Source: an uncultured Chloroflexia bacterium
GTDB lineage: Bacteria > Chloroflexota > Anaerolineae > B4-G1 > SLSP01
Length of the DNA stretch: 64,000 nucleotides
Assembly: GCA_963751345.1 (NCBI GenBank)
Contig: CAVVUS010000010.1
Coordinates: 192,001 to 256,000, forward strand
Reading direction: 5' to 3'
In this document: positions 51,616 to 62,113 of the stretch, in pieces
Numbering within the stretch: the stretch's first letter is position 1
How the letters are laid out: the number at the start of each line of letters is the position of its first letter
Program-made: the position numbers and the translations under genes
Notes under the pieces: model-generated
What the model saw: the letters and a program-made list of their open reading frames with translations, nothing else
Told to the model about the DNA's origin: nothing
Databases searched by the model: none

Positions 51616-53244
51616 GTGAGCAACACCGTTTCCAGAGGCAGGTCCGTTGGTCGAAACGATCCCTGCCCATGTGGTAGCGGCAAGAAATTCAAGCACTGCT
51701 GTGGTCGGCCCAGGCCTCCCGCCGATGTGGTCTATGTGCATCCCGCCAAGCAGGATGTCGACTTCTACGTGCAGACGATGGGCGCACGGGATCTCCAGAT
51801 GGGCCGATCCTATAACCTGATTCCTGTGGGCGTCCCTGCCTTGGCGCACGTGCTCCAGGCAGCCGGCATTGAGGTTCGGGGTGTGAACTATACGGTGGAA
51901 CTCGGGATCAACCGGACCTTCGATCTCCGCCGCTGGCTTCGAACGCAGTCGCAGGCGCGTATGGTGCTGATCGACCTCCACTGGTACGAGCACAGCTATG
52001 GCGCGATCAGCGTGGCCAACGTCTGCAAGGAGGTGCTTCCTGATGCGTGGGTGGTCCTGGGGGGGCTGACCGCTTCCGCGTTTGCCCGCGAGATCCTTGA
52101 GCACTTTCCGTCGGTCGACTTCGTGGTGCGGGGCGATGCTGAGGTACCGCTGCTGACACTGGTGCAGCGCTGTCTCGCCGCTTCTTCTGAGGTGCCTCCG
52201 GATCTCGTCGACGTGCCCAATCTCACCTATCGACAAGGGCATCAGGTGGTTGAGAATCCCATTGGCTACTGCGCCTCGACGGAGGACCTCGACCGCCTGG
52301 ACTTCGCCGACCTCAGTTTCCTGGACCATCACGATGAGTATCTGGCCTATGAATACATCGTCACGGACTTGCCCAAAGCCCGCGCAGCTTTGGCAACTGA
52401 CCCGTACCAAGGTCGATGGATAACGACTGCCCGGGGTTGCAAGTACGAGTGTTCGTATTGCGGTGGCTGTAGAAGCGCCCATCGCGTGCTCGCCACGCGG
52501 GAGGGGATCGTGCCCCGGTCGCCGGAGGCCGTTGTCGATGAGATCGGGCGATTGGCCACTGCAGGTGTTGACCAAGTCTCGCTCTCGTACGACATCGCGG
52601 AGTTGGGGGACGACTACTGGCGAGCGTTCTTCTCGCTGCTGCGATCGAGCGGGATCAAGATAGGGCTCTACAACGAGTGTTTTCAATTACCGCCGCTCCG
52701 GTTCATCAAGCAGTTTGCCCGCGTTGCAGATCCCGAGCACTCCTGTCTGACGTTCAGCCCGCTGTCAGGTTCGGAGCGGGTACGCCGGCTCAACGGCAAA
52801 CTCTTCTCCAATGCTGAGCTGATGAATGTCCTGGATTATGCGGACCTCAACGAGCTTTATATGGTCGCCTACTTCTCCCTGAATCTGCCCGGGGAGACGG
52901 AGGAGACACTGGCCGAAAGCATCGCGCTGGCTCGGCAAATGGTTGATCTCTATCCCGCCTCACGCATCAAGATCCTGAGTTCCTGTCATACGCTTGACCC
53001 TCTCTCGCCTATGGCCGTGCATCCGGAGAAGTATGCTATCGAGGTGACGATGCGGAGCTTCGCGGATTGGTACGCGTACTGCCGCGATACGCAGCTAGGG
53101 GGGCCTGAGGCAAGAACAGAGGCGCACCGCGGATTCGCCCCGAGCACGGACGGGGCACGACGCCTGGAGGCGATGGCCGACACCTGGGATGCCGCCCGCC
53201 AAGGCCACGAGGAGTGCTGGTGGCCTATACCCCCAAGCTGGTGA
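51616..53244 (+). CDS. SEC-C motif + B12-binding + radical SAM protein
   Basis: GRNDPCPCGSGKKFKHCCG; IDLHWYEH...VLGGLTAS...RGDAE cobalamin-binding domain; RGCKYECSYCGG. Confidence 0.9.
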   Translation: MSNTVSRGRSVGRNDPCPCGSGKKFKHCCGRPRPPADVVYVHPAKQDVDFYVQTMGARDLQMGRSYNLIPVGVPALAHVLQAAGIEVRGVNYTVELGINRTFDLRRWLRTQSQARMVLIDLHWYEHSYGAISVANVCKEVLPDAWVVLGGLTASAFAREILEHFPSVDFVVRGDAEVPLLTLVQRCLAASSEVPPDLVDVPNLTYRQGHQVVENPIGYCASTEDLDRLDFADLSFLDHHDEYLAYEYIVTDLPKARAALATDPYQGRWITTARGCKYECSYCGGCRSAHRVLATREGIVPRSPEAVVDEIGRLATAGVDQVSLSYDIAELGDDYWRAFFSLLRSSGIKIGLYNECFQLPPLRFIKQFARVADPEHSCLTFSPLSGSERVRRLNGKLFSNAELMNVLDYADLNELYMVAYFSLNLPGETEETLAESIALARQMVDLYPASRIKILSSCHTLDPLSPMAVHPEKYAIEVTMRSFADWYAYCRDTQLGGPEARTEAHRGFAPSTDGARRLEAMADTWDAARQGHEECWWPIPPSW

Positions 53245-53317
53245 CGAAGCCGCAGAGAAGCGCGCGGCCGAGCGTATCACGGTTATACTTGTCATCATTG
53301 GACAGGAGGACGTTGCT

Positions 53318-54856
53318 GTGAACGATGCACCCATCGCGCTCTACATCCACCCGTCGAAGCAGGCGGTGGAGCTCTACGAAACGCCGGTCCGCCGGAAATT
53401 CGGGCGCCCCTATTGGCTGCTGCCCATGGGCGTACCCGCGCTGATGAACCTGCTTCAGGACGAGGGCATCCCCGTCAGGGGGATCAACTACCCGATGAGG
53501 AAGCAGCTGGATCCCAACTTCAGTATTCGGCAGTGGTTGGAGAGTTACCGGCAGGCGAGGATAGTTCTGATCGATCTGCATTGGTATGAGCACTGCTATG
53601 GTGCGATCAAGATGGCCGAATTGGTGAAGGAGGTCCTGCCCGACGTCTGGGTGATCATTGGTGGCCTGACGGCGTCAGCATTTGCGGAGGAGATCATCCG
53701 TGATCACGCGGCGGTTGATTTCGTGATACGTGGCGATGCCGAACGCCCACTCCTGTCGCTGGCTCAGGCTCTCCTCTCCGAAGAACACCCCCGGGTCCTA
53801 CCGGACCTATCCGGAGTTCCGAACCTAACCTACCGCCGGAATGACCAGGTGGTGGAGAACCCCCGTACATATTGTGCCGCGCCCGAGGATTTTGCAGACT
53901 TCAACTTCATTGATCTGGACTGGCTGGAGCATGGGGAAGATTACTACACCTATGAATACCTGGTCATTGATATGAAGCTCGTCGAAGACGCCCGTCAGGG
54001 GAAAGATATCAGTAAGTACCGGGGCCGGTGGATCACGACGGCCCGTGGTTGTGACTTCGAGTGTTCCTACTGTGGCGGCGCGCGAAGTGCGCACAAGGCC
54101 ATCGCGGGGCGTAATGGCATCGTGCCCGTGCCGGTGGAGACGGTGGTCGACGAGATCAAGCACCTGCTGGAGCTCGACGTGATCCAGGTCTGTTTCTCCT
54201 ACGACCTTGCGGCTATGGGCGAGCGATACTGGAAAACGCTCTTCCGCACCCTTCGCAAGGAAGGCATCAAGATTGGCCTCTACAACGAGTTCTTCCAGCT
54301 CCCTCCGGCGGGTTTCCTCAAGGAGTTCACACGCACGGGCGATCCGGAGCATTCGTGCCTGGCGGTGAACCCCTATTCGGGCTCGGAGCGTGTGCGACGC
54401 CTCAATGGGAAACGCTACAACGATATCCAGCTTCTCAATGCCCTGGATGAGGTCAACTCCTACAATGTCCCGATCATTGTGTACTTCTCCCTCAACCTGC
54501 CGGGAGAGGATGAGGAGGTAGTGCAGCAGTCCGTCGGCCTTGCGCGAACTATCTACGACATGTACCCGCACTCCAAGGTGAAGATCCTCAATTCTTGCCA
54601 CACGGTCGAGCCTCTGTCGCCGATGGAGCAGCACCCTGGTCGCTACGGGGTGGACGTGAAGTGGCATACCTTCAAGGACTGGTACGAATACTGCCGAAAC
54701 ACACAGCTGGAGTTGCCCGGGGCGCGTACCGGCGAGTGGCGCGGGTTCGATCTGTTGCCGCCTGCTGAGCGCTCCGTGGAGGCGATGGCCGACGCCTGGG
54801 ATGCGGCGACCGAGGGGAACGAAGCCTGCTGGTGGCCGATCCCACCCCGTTGGTAA
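53318..54856 (+). CDS. B12-binding radical SAM protein, paralog of the upstream gene
   Basis: IDLHWYEH, IIGGLTAS, RGDAE, RGCDFECSYCGG; RBS AGGAGG before GTG 53318. Confidence 0.9.
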   Translation: MNDAPIALYIHPSKQAVELYETPVRRKFGRPYWLLPMGVPALMNLLQDEGIPVRGINYPMRKQLDPNFSIRQWLESYRQARIVLIDLHWYEHCYGAIKMAELVKEVLPDVWVIIGGLTASAFAEEIIRDHAAVDFVIRGDAERPLLSLAQALLSEEHPRVLPDLSGVPNLTYRRNDQVVENPRTYCAAPEDFADFNFIDLDWLEHGEDYYTYEYLVIDMKLVEDARQGKDISKYRGRWITTARGCDFECSYCGGARSAHKAIAGRNGIVPVPVETVVDEIKHLLELDVIQVCFSYDLAAMGERYWKTLFRTLRKEGIKIGLYNEFFQLPPAGFLKEFTRTGDPEHSCLAVNPYSGSERVRRLNGKRYNDIQLLNALDEVNSYNVPIIVYFSLNLPGEDEEVVQQSVGLARTIYDMYPHSKVKILNSCHTVEPLSPMEQHPGRYGVDVKWHTFKDWYEYCRNTQLELPGARTGEWRGFDLLPPAERSVEAMADAWDAATEGNEACWWPIPPRW

Positions 54857-54863
54857 GCCGGCG

Positions 54864-55886
54864 ATGGGAAGACGCCTCCCCTTCCGGTATGTGCTGACCC
54901 GCATCTTCTACCTCATTGCCGTGGTGTGGGTCGCTGCCACCGTCAACTTCGTCCTGCCGCGGCTCGCCGCTCGCGATCCGGTGCTGGAGCATTTCAGCAA
55001 GCTGCAGGCCAGTGTGGGGAGCAGGCAGGGCGATTTGGTCTCCGAAGCCCTGGATAGCTACCGGCAGTGGGCCGGACTCAACCAGCCGCTCTTGCGGCAG
55101 TACGTTACATATCTGAATAACATGCTTCGGATGGACTTCGGCCTATCGTTCACCCGATTTCGTCCGGTCATCGATATCGTCGGTTACGCACTGCCCTGGA
55201 CCATTGGGCTTTTGGGCACCACGACCCTCTTCTCCTTTGTGCTGGGCACCGTGCTGGGAGCGGCCGCCGCCTGGCGACGCTCGGCACGCTTGCTGAATAT
55301 CACCGTGTCTTTCCTGATGGTGCTGGCCGTGATCCCGCCCTTTGTCATCGCCCTGGTTTTGGCCTACGTCCTCGCGTTCCGTTTGAAACTTTTCCCCATT
55401 GCCGGCGTCTTCACGCCTGGGCGCATCACAAATCTCCTCGACGTGGAGTGGTGGCTTGACGTAATCCACCATGCCGCTATCCCCGCCATATCCCTCATGT
55501 TGGGGACGGCGGGAACCTGGGCGATGGGCATGCGGGGGATGACCATCACCACGTTAGGAAGTGACTTTCTGCTCTTCGCGGAGGCCAAGGGGTTGAGACG
55601 GCGGCGACTGCTGCTGGGGTATGCGATTCGCAATGTATTGCTGCCCCAGATCACGTCCCTGGCGATGTCGCTGGGCACGCTTGTGGCGAGTGCCACCATC
55701 GTCGAGATGCTATTCGGTTATCCCGGCGTAGGCAGCGTACTCGAGAATGCAGTGGTTTCGTTCGACTACAATTTGATCCAGGGCTGTATCTTCTTCTTGA
55801 TCGTCGCGATCGGCATCGCGACGTTCGTCATCGATCTATCGTATCCTTTGCTGGACCCCCGAATCACTTACGGCAAGGCGATGTAG
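54864..55886 (+). CDS. Stand-alone DppB/OppB-family ABC permease
   Basis: NFVLPRL...DP, GLNQPLLRQY, FAEAKGL, VEMLFGYPGVG, YPLLDPRI. Confidence 0.9.
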   Translation: MGRRLPFRYVLTRIFYLIAVVWVAATVNFVLPRLAARDPVLEHFSKLQASVGSRQGDLVSEALDSYRQWAGLNQPLLRQYVTYLNNMLRMDFGLSFTRFRPVIDIVGYALPWTIGLLGTTTLFSFVLGTVLGAAAAWRRSARLLNITVSFLMVLAVIPPFVIALVLAYVLAFRLKLFPIAGVFTPGRITNLLDVEWWLDVIHHAAIPAISLMLGTAGTWAMGMRGMTITTLGSDFLLFAEAKGLRRRRLLLGYAIRNVLLPQITSLAMSLGTLVASATIVEMLFGYPGVGSVLENAVVSFDYNLIQGCIFFLIVAIGIATFVIDLSYPLLDPRITYGKAM

Positions 55887-56011
55887 AGGTGCGTCAGCAC
55901 TCGAAGCATGCGCACTCCATGTCACGATTTGCACATTCTGCGAGTTTCGGGCACTATACACAGGTGATGCACAGATTGGCGGGGTGCGGGATTCGGAGAT
56001 GGAGGGTGTTT

Positions 56012-56302
56012 ATGGTGATGCGGTCGGAAATAAAGCGGTGGTTTGCTGTGCTGGTCATAGCACTCTCGGTACTGGTGGCAGCGTGTGGTGGGGATCCGCC
56101 TGCCGGCGGGAGCTCGGATGGCCAGATGCTTCTTGAGACACGGTGCACTGCGTGTCATAGTCTGACCCGTGTCACAAGCGTCCGCAAGACTGAGGCGCAA
56201 TGGCGTGTAACCGTCACGCGAATGGTTCAGCGCGGAGCAAGGCTCAGCCCGGCAGAAGAAAATACGCTCATTACCTATCTGGCACAGACTTATGGGAAAT
56301 AG
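56012..56302 (+). CDS. Small monoheme cytochrome c lipoprotein
   Basis: Lipobox LVAAC, CTACH heme-binding motif, W...VTRM distal Met. Confidence 0.85.
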   Translation: MVMRSEIKRWFAVLVIALSVLVAACGGDPPAGGSSDGQMLLETRCTACHSLTRVTSVRKTEAQWRVTVTRMVQRGARLSPAEENTLITYLAQTYGK

Positions 56303-56344
56303 CAGCATTGACGAGCCCTCTCGACAGGGTGATTCCGATGAGTC

Positions 56345-57820
56345 ATGGCGTCAGTTAGCATGAACCAGATCGTCAGGATTCTATATACCTGCATCCTGGC
56401 AGGGCTCGCGCTCTATGCGCTCTACGTCGTTGTGCTCATCGTTCTCTATCTGCTGCATCGTAGGGATGACCCCCCCGTGCTTCCGGTGATAACGGATGCA
56501 CAGTTGCCGTGCGTGACCGTCCAGATTCCGCTTCGGGACGAGCGGTATGTCGTTCGCCGGGTCCTGCAGGCCGTCGCCGGTCTGGACTGGCCCCAGGACC
56601 GCCTGGAGATTCAGGTGCTCGACGATTCTGATGATGAGACCGTCGTCGAAGTGGACGACGAGGTTGCACGATTGCGGGAGCAGGGCCTGTCCATCGTGGT
56701 GCTTCGTCGAGCGCAGCCGACAGGTTTCAAAGCCGGCGCACTCGCCGAAGGGGTCGTGCTGGCCCGAGGGGAGTATCTCGCCATCTTTGACGCCGATTTC
56801 CACCCCGCACCGGATTTCCTGCGCCAAACGGTGCCCTACTTCCTGACGGATCCGACGTTGGGGATGGTTCAGGCGCGGTGGACCCACCTTAATGCCGACT
56901 ACTCGCTCATGACGCGCATCCAGGCGCTCGCTCTGGACGCTCACTTTTCGGTCGAGCACATTGCGCGTGGAAACTCACGACTGCTGACGAATTTCAATGG
57001 GGCGGCCGGCGTGTGGCGCAAGGCCACGATTACCGACGCCGGTGGGTGGCAGACGGACACGGTGACGGAGGACCTGGATCTCAGCTACCGCGCGCAGTTG
57101 GCAGGTTGGCGGGTCCTCTACCTGCCGGATGTCACCGCGCCCGCGGAGCTGCCCCCGCTCGTCACAGCGTTCAAGGCACAGCAGATCCGCTGGGCGAAGG
57201 GTGCCTTCCAGTGTCTGCGCAAGTTGGCCAGGCCCATCCTACGCTCCCGACGCTATAACGCCGCGCAGAAGGTGATGGCTTTGCTGCACCTGGGCGGCTA
57301 TGGGAACCAACCGTTGATCCTGCTGATGATTCTGTTGACACTACCGATGGTGTTGACCGATCCGAGATTCTCCGACTTTACCATCTGGTTGGGGGCCCTG
57401 GCGTCCGTGCCTCCTGTGCTATATGTGCTCGGTCAGATGCACTTCTATCGCGACTGGTTGCGCCGGATTCTCGTCTATCCGGTCCTTATGCTGTTGTGGA
57501 TTGGCTTGGCGTGGAGCCTGACGATTGCCGTCTTCCAGGGCTTGTTCAGTTGGGGCGGGACGTTTGTTCGCACCCCGAAATTCGAGATCACAGGACGCAC
57601 GGGCGACTGGCAATCCTCTGCCTATCGACCGCGAATCAGCCCCAGCTGGATCGGCGAGGCGCTTATCGGCGTCTACGTCTGCGTCGCGATCTGGTTTGCC
57701 GTGAAGTTGCAGCACAATCACCTTGTCCCGCTGGTGCTGGGGTACGCACTCGGCCAGCTCATGATCCTGGCTATGACGGCTTCTCAGGCATTTGCGGCCC
57801 GGCGATCGGAGGCCGGTTAG
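56345..57820 (+). CDS. Processive GT2 glycosyltransferase (cellulose-synthase-like)
   Basis: QVLDDS, GFKAGAL, FDADF, TEDLD, QQIRW; N- and C-terminal TM helices. Confidence 0.93.
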   Translation: MASVSMNQIVRILYTCILAGLALYALYVVVLIVLYLLHRRDDPPVLPVITDAQLPCVTVQIPLRDERYVVRRVLQAVAGLDWPQDRLEIQVLDDSDDETVVEVDDEVARLREQGLSIVVLRRAQPTGFKAGALAEGVVLARGEYLAIFDADFHPAPDFLRQTVPYFLTDPTLGMVQARWTHLNADYSLMTRIQALALDAHFSVEHIARGNSRLLTNFNGAAGVWRKATITDAGGWQTDTVTEDLDLSYRAQLAGWRVLYLPDVTAPAELPPLVTAFKAQQIRWAKGAFQCLRKLARPILRSRRYNAAQKVMALLHLGGYGNQPLILLMILLTLPMVLTDPRFSDFTIWLGALASVPPVLYVLGQMHFYRDWLRRILVYPVLMLLWIGLAWSLTIAVFQGLFSWGGTFVRTPKFEITGRTGDWQSSAYRPRISPSWIGEALIGVYVCVAIWFAVKLQHNHLVPLVLGYALGQLMILAMTASQAFAARRSEAG

Positions 57821-57907
57821 CGAGTCCGGAGTTGCCAAAGGCATACGAGCCCCTATAGGTATCTGGGACTCTAATTACTGCAGGGCATCGACGAAGCAGG
57901 AGGCTGG

Positions 57908-59125
57908 ATGTTACGCCGCGATATGGGGAAGTGTGTGTTAGGGCTGTTTTTATGCGTGTTGCTGGTGGCGGGCTGCTCCCAGGTCCTGCCGAAGCAGGAT
58001 CCTGTGACCATCTCGTTCGTACACCCCGAAGATCCGACGGGCTCATACGAGCAGTGGGCGCAGCAATTCCACCAGCAGTTCCCCAATATCACGGTTGAGC
58101 TCCGTACCGACACCTCGACAACGTCGGAGGATGCTTTCGTCGCGACGCAGTTTGAGCTGGGTCAATATCTGGCGGACCAGTCGGTTCTGGATCTGTCGAC
58201 CTTTCTTGATGAGAGTCAGGACATCAATGCCGTTGACTTCTATCCTGCGGTCAGCGACGTATTCAAGAGCCAGGGACGTCAGTGGGCTCTGCCGTTTGGT
58301 ATCGACATGATGATGATGTACTATAATCAGGATCTCTTCGACCGATACGGTGCGGCCTATCCCACAGTCGGTTGGAACTGGGAGGACTTCCTGAACGCTG
58401 CGCTGGCGACCACCGACGTCGATGCAGGCATCTTTGGCTACGGACTCAACCACGCGACCGATCTGGGGACCTTCGAGCCGGTGATGTTTATCTACCAACA
58501 CGGCGGGCAGATCTTCGACAGCTTCAGTGCTCCAACACGGATGACGCTCGACACTCCCCTGAATATCGAGGCTATGGATTTCTACGCGAGCCTGATCCAT
58601 GAGTATCACGTTGCGCCGACCCTGCAGGAGGCGCAAGGGCTTGGGCGCCAGAATGCCTGGTATGCGATCTTCCAGGGACATTTTTCGATGTGGTCGATGC
58701 TTTTCTCCGAACGCGGTGGAACGCGCTGGCCTTCACCCTGGGAGATGGCCTGGGGTGTGGTGCCTATGCCGAGGGATGCGACCGCGGCCTCGCTGGCCAT
58801 CGCCGACGGGCTATACATCTCAGCAGATACCGAGCATCCGAAAGAGGCCTGGGCGTGGATATCGTTCTTGAGCCGGCAAATGCCACCTCTCGCCATGCCG
58901 GCACGCCGGTCTCTCGCCGAATCGCAGCAGTTCGAGCGCACTGCAGGGGCCGCTGCGGCTGAAGCAGCCCGCGCGGCGTTGTCCGATGCGATCCTCGTCA
59001 ATCCCGATCTGCTGGGATTCGACACTGGGTTGAGTGCAATGGCAGAGGCCTTCGCACGGATACGCAGCGGTGAGGTTACGCCTGAGATGGCCTTGGCCGC
59101 CGCGCAGGAAAAGTCGGGATTCTGA
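57908..59125 (+). CDS. Sugar ABC substrate-binding lipoprotein (family 1)
   Basis: Lipobox VAGC, WALPF...YYNQDLFD, WNWEDF, WGVVPMP. Confidence 0.88.
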   Translation: MLRRDMGKCVLGLFLCVLLVAGCSQVLPKQDPVTISFVHPEDPTGSYEQWAQQFHQQFPNITVELRTDTSTTSEDAFVATQFELGQYLADQSVLDLSTFLDESQDINAVDFYPAVSDVFKSQGRQWALPFGIDMMMMYYNQDLFDRYGAAYPTVGWNWEDFLNAALATTDVDAGIFGYGLNHATDLGTFEPVMFIYQHGGQIFDSFSAPTRMTLDTPLNIEAMDFYASLIHEYHVAPTLQEAQGLGRQNAWYAIFQGHFSMWSMLFSERGGTRWPSPWEMAWGVVPMPRDATAASLAIADGLYISADTEHPKEAWAWISFLSRQMPPLAMPARRSLAESQQFERTAGAAAAEAARAALSDAILVNPDLLGFDTGLSAMAEAFARIRSGEVTPEMALAAAQEKSGF

Positions 59126-59139
59126 CAAGAAACAGGGGT

Positions 59140-60397
59140 ATGTTGCACATGGTGCGGAGAGATCTGGCTCGCTTGGTGTGGCGTGCGGTGAGACGTGGCC
59201 TTGCTGTCGGCTGTCTGATGATGCTGCTCGCGGGATGCGGCGATCTGTCCATCCTCGCCCCGAGGGAGCCGGTGACGATCAGGTTCGTCTATGCAGGTGA
59301 GGCGGCCTATTATCAGCCGTTGATCGAGGAGTTCCAGCAGCAAGAATAAGTACATCACGGTAGAGTTGGTGTCGCCCAACTCACTCCGCTCCGGTCAGAT
59401 TGGCGACATTGATGTGGTGGTGGTGCCTCAGAATGCTATGAGCTATCTATTGGACGCCTCTTTCCCGATAGACCTCCGTACCTTCATCATGGAGGACTCG
59501 AGTTTCTCACTCGATGATTTCTACCCCACCGGTGTCCAGCTCTGGGGCACGGGCGGTCAGCAGTGGGGTATTCCCTATATGGCCGATCTGATGGTGATGG
59601 CCTATAACAGGAACCTCTTCGACCGGCACGGCGTGGCTTATCCCGATCTCAACTGGACGTGGGATGGGTTCCTGGAGCGAGCCATCAACCTGTCAGATCC
59701 CACGCACGGTGAGTACGGTTACGCCTATTATCAATCGGGCGAGTTGAGCTTGTACGAACCTATGCTCTTTATGTACCAGTTGGGCGGGCGGCTCTTTGAC
59801 GACCTCGACGAGCCCACTGCCATGACCATCAATGATCCCGCGAATATCACGGCCATGCAGGGATATGCCGATTTGATCTACCGGTATCACGTGGCCCCGG
59901 CACCGAGCAACCGGCGCGTGCCCTTTCCGCAGAGCGGGATTGAGGGCGGCAAGTACGCGATGTGGATGTCGTGGCTGTCCGACATCGACACGTACGGCGA
60001 TGACCTGGATGTCGGCGTGGCGACCATTCCGGCCGGCCAGATTCCTGTGACCATGGGGACGGTATACGGCATCGTGATTTCGTCGCAGACCGTGGACCCG
60101 GAGGCGTGCTGGAAGTGGGTGAGCTTCGTCAGCGGGAAGGCGCCCCCGATGCTGATGCCGTTGCGCCGCTCGTTGGCTGAATCGGATAGTGGTGTGACGG
60201 CCATTGGTTCGGAGGCCGCGGAAGTCGGGCGGGTCTCGTTACCCTATATGATCGGGATGAACTTCAGCTTGCAGGGCCAGCTCGGATCGCAGTGGGGCGT
60301 CGCGATGCAAGCCTTCAACGCTGCGCTCGTAGCGATTCAAAATGGCGATCCTGTCGGGCCCGCGTTGGATGCAGCACAAAGTAAGGTGAACTTCTAG
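59140..60397 (+). CDS. Second sugar ABC substrate-binding lipoprotein; frameshift at about 59345
   Basis: Lipobox LAGC in ORF 59140-59349; body WGIPY...YNRNLFD, WTWDGF in ORF 59366-60397. Confidence 0.85.
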
Positions 60398-60413
60398 ACA
60401 AGGAGATGTTAGA

Positions 60414-61388
60414 ATGCCGCTGACCTTCGATTACTCTCTGGAAAAGCTCAAGACTTACAAGGGGATGAATCCCCGCCCTGCCAACTTCGACGCCTACTGG
60501 GATAGCGGGCTGGCAGAGATGCACGCGTTGGATCCGGAGGTGGAGCTGGTGCCGGCGAGCTATCAGACCTCGTTCGCCGATTGTTACCATCTCACCTTCA
60601 CCGGTGTCGGCGGCGCCCGCGTCCACGCCAAGTTCCTGCGTCCCAAGGGCATTGTCGAGCCAAGCCCGGCCGTACTGATGTTCCACGGCTATTCCGGTGA
60701 CTCCGGGGACTGGACGGATAAGCTGGGCTACGTCGCCCAGGGCTACGTCGTCGCGGCATTGGACTGCCGGGGTCAGGGCGGGCTTTCACAGGACGTCGGC
60801 GGCGTGACGGGATGGACCTTGCGCGGTCACATCATCCGCGGGCTGGACGATGCGCTTGCGGGCAGTCCGCAGAAACTGCTCTTCCGCGACATCTTCCTGG
60901 ATACGGCGCAGTTGGCGAACATCGTCATGGCGATGGACGAGGTCGACGAGACGCGAGTAGGCGCGACCGGGGGCAGCCAGGGCGGGGCTCTGACGGTCGC
61001 CTGTATGTCGCTGGAGCCGCGGATCAAACGGGCCGCTCCCGTTTTCCCTTTCCTGAGCGATTACAAGCGCGTCTGGGATATGGATCAGGACAAGGACGCT
61101 TACGCCGAGCTGCGTGAATACTTCCGCAAGTTCGATCCCACCCATCAGCGCGAGGATGAGATCTTCACCGCGCTGGGCTATATCGACGTCCACAATCTCG
61201 CTCCCCGCACGCGGGCCGAGGTGCTCTGGTTCACAGGCCTGATGGACACGATCTGCCCGCCGTCGACGCAGTTTGCGGCCTACAACGCCGTCACCTCCAC
61301 AAAGTCGATGGTGATCTATCCCGACTTTGGTCACGAGGGTCTGCCGGGCAGCAGCGATCGGATCTTCCAGTTCATGATGGGAATGTAG
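60414..61388 (+). CDS. CE7 acetylxylan esterase / cephalosporin-C deacetylase
   Basis: FHGYSG, DCRGQGG, GGSQGG nucleophile, DTICPPSTQFA, DFGHE. Confidence 0.95.
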   Translation: MPLTFDYSLEKLKTYKGMNPRPANFDAYWDSGLAEMHALDPEVELVPASYQTSFADCYHLTFTGVGGARVHAKFLRPKGIVEPSPAVLMFHGYSGDSGDWTDKLGYVAQGYVVAALDCRGQGGLSQDVGGVTGWTLRGHIIRGLDDALAGSPQKLLFRDIFLDTAQLANIVMAMDEVDETRVGATGGSQGGALTVACMSLEPRIKRAAPVFPFLSDYKRVWDMDQDKDAYAELREYFRKFDPTHQREDEIFTALGYIDVHNLAPRTRAEVLWFTGLMDTICPPSTQFAAYNAVTSTKSMVIYPDFGHEGLPGSSDRIFQFMMGM

Positions 61389-61404
61389 GCAAAGGGGGCC
61401 ACGG

Positions 61405-62100
61405 ATGGTACTAACCAAGAAGAAGCGCGATGAATTGCTCGAGCTATACGCCGACCTGCGTGTCGCCGACGTTCGCGACGGGATGGATTGGATGATGCGG
61501 CACAACTACGGTTCCATGATTCCTGAGATTCGACCTCTCTGGCGCACGCGGGCGGTGGGAATCGCCAGAACGGCGCGCTATCTGCCCTATCAGGGCGAGG
61601 TGCCAAAGATGACGCCGAAGGAATACACCAAATGGTCGGGTTGGTACTACCGCGAGGTGTGCACGTATCCCTGGATGGCTGACATCGAGAAGGGTGACTT
61701 CTGTGTCATCGACCAGAGCGGGGTAGATGTCGGGCTGCTGGGCTCAAACAACGCCATGGACGGCATCATCAAGGGCGCAACGGGCTACGTGACCAACGGT
61801 GGCGTGCGCGATACCGACGAGGTCATCCTTGAGAAGATCCCATTTTGGTCACGGATGATCTCCCAGGGCATGGTGCAGGCGCGACTGCAGTTCGACGCCC
61901 ACAATATCCCGGTGGAGGTCGGGGGAGTCCTGGTTCATCCCGGTGACGTTGTCGTGGCCGATGGCGATGGTGTCATCGTCGTGCCGCAGGACATCGCTGA
62001 AGACGTGGCGAAATATGCTCACCAAGAGTTGAGCAGTGATAAGGTCTCTCGCCGTCAGAAATACGAGGCGTTGGGGCTGGAGTTGGACGAGACGGTATAA
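61405..62100 (+). CDS. RraA/HMG-aldolase family protein
   Basis: LRVADVRD, GGVRDTDE, VEVGGVLVHPGDVVVADGDGVIVVP. Confidence 0.88.
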   Translation: MVLTKKKRDELLELYADLRVADVRDGMDWMMRHNYGSMIPEIRPLWRTRAVGIARTARYLPYQGEVPKMTPKEYTKWSGWYYREVCTYPWMADIEKGDFCVIDQSGVDVGLLGSNNAMDGIIKGATGYVTNGGVRDTDEVILEKIPFWSRMISQGMVQARLQFDAHNIPVEVGGVLVHPGDVVVADGDGVIVVPQDIAEDVAKYAHQELSSDKVSRRQKYEALGLELDETV

Positions 62101-62113
62101 GGAGAGCTCATAG

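Noticed and set aside
50377-54904. Long antisense ORFs (369, 357 and 359 aa)
   Set aside because: Shadow ORFs opposite well-supported genes in GC-rich DNA, with no recognisable motifs or RBS.
55889-56011. His-rich upstream extension as a RiPP precursor for the radical SAM pair
   Set aside because: It is only the in-frame upstream extension of the cytochrome c ORF, whose RBS supports the start at 56012. No convincing precursor peptide was found near the radical SAM genes.
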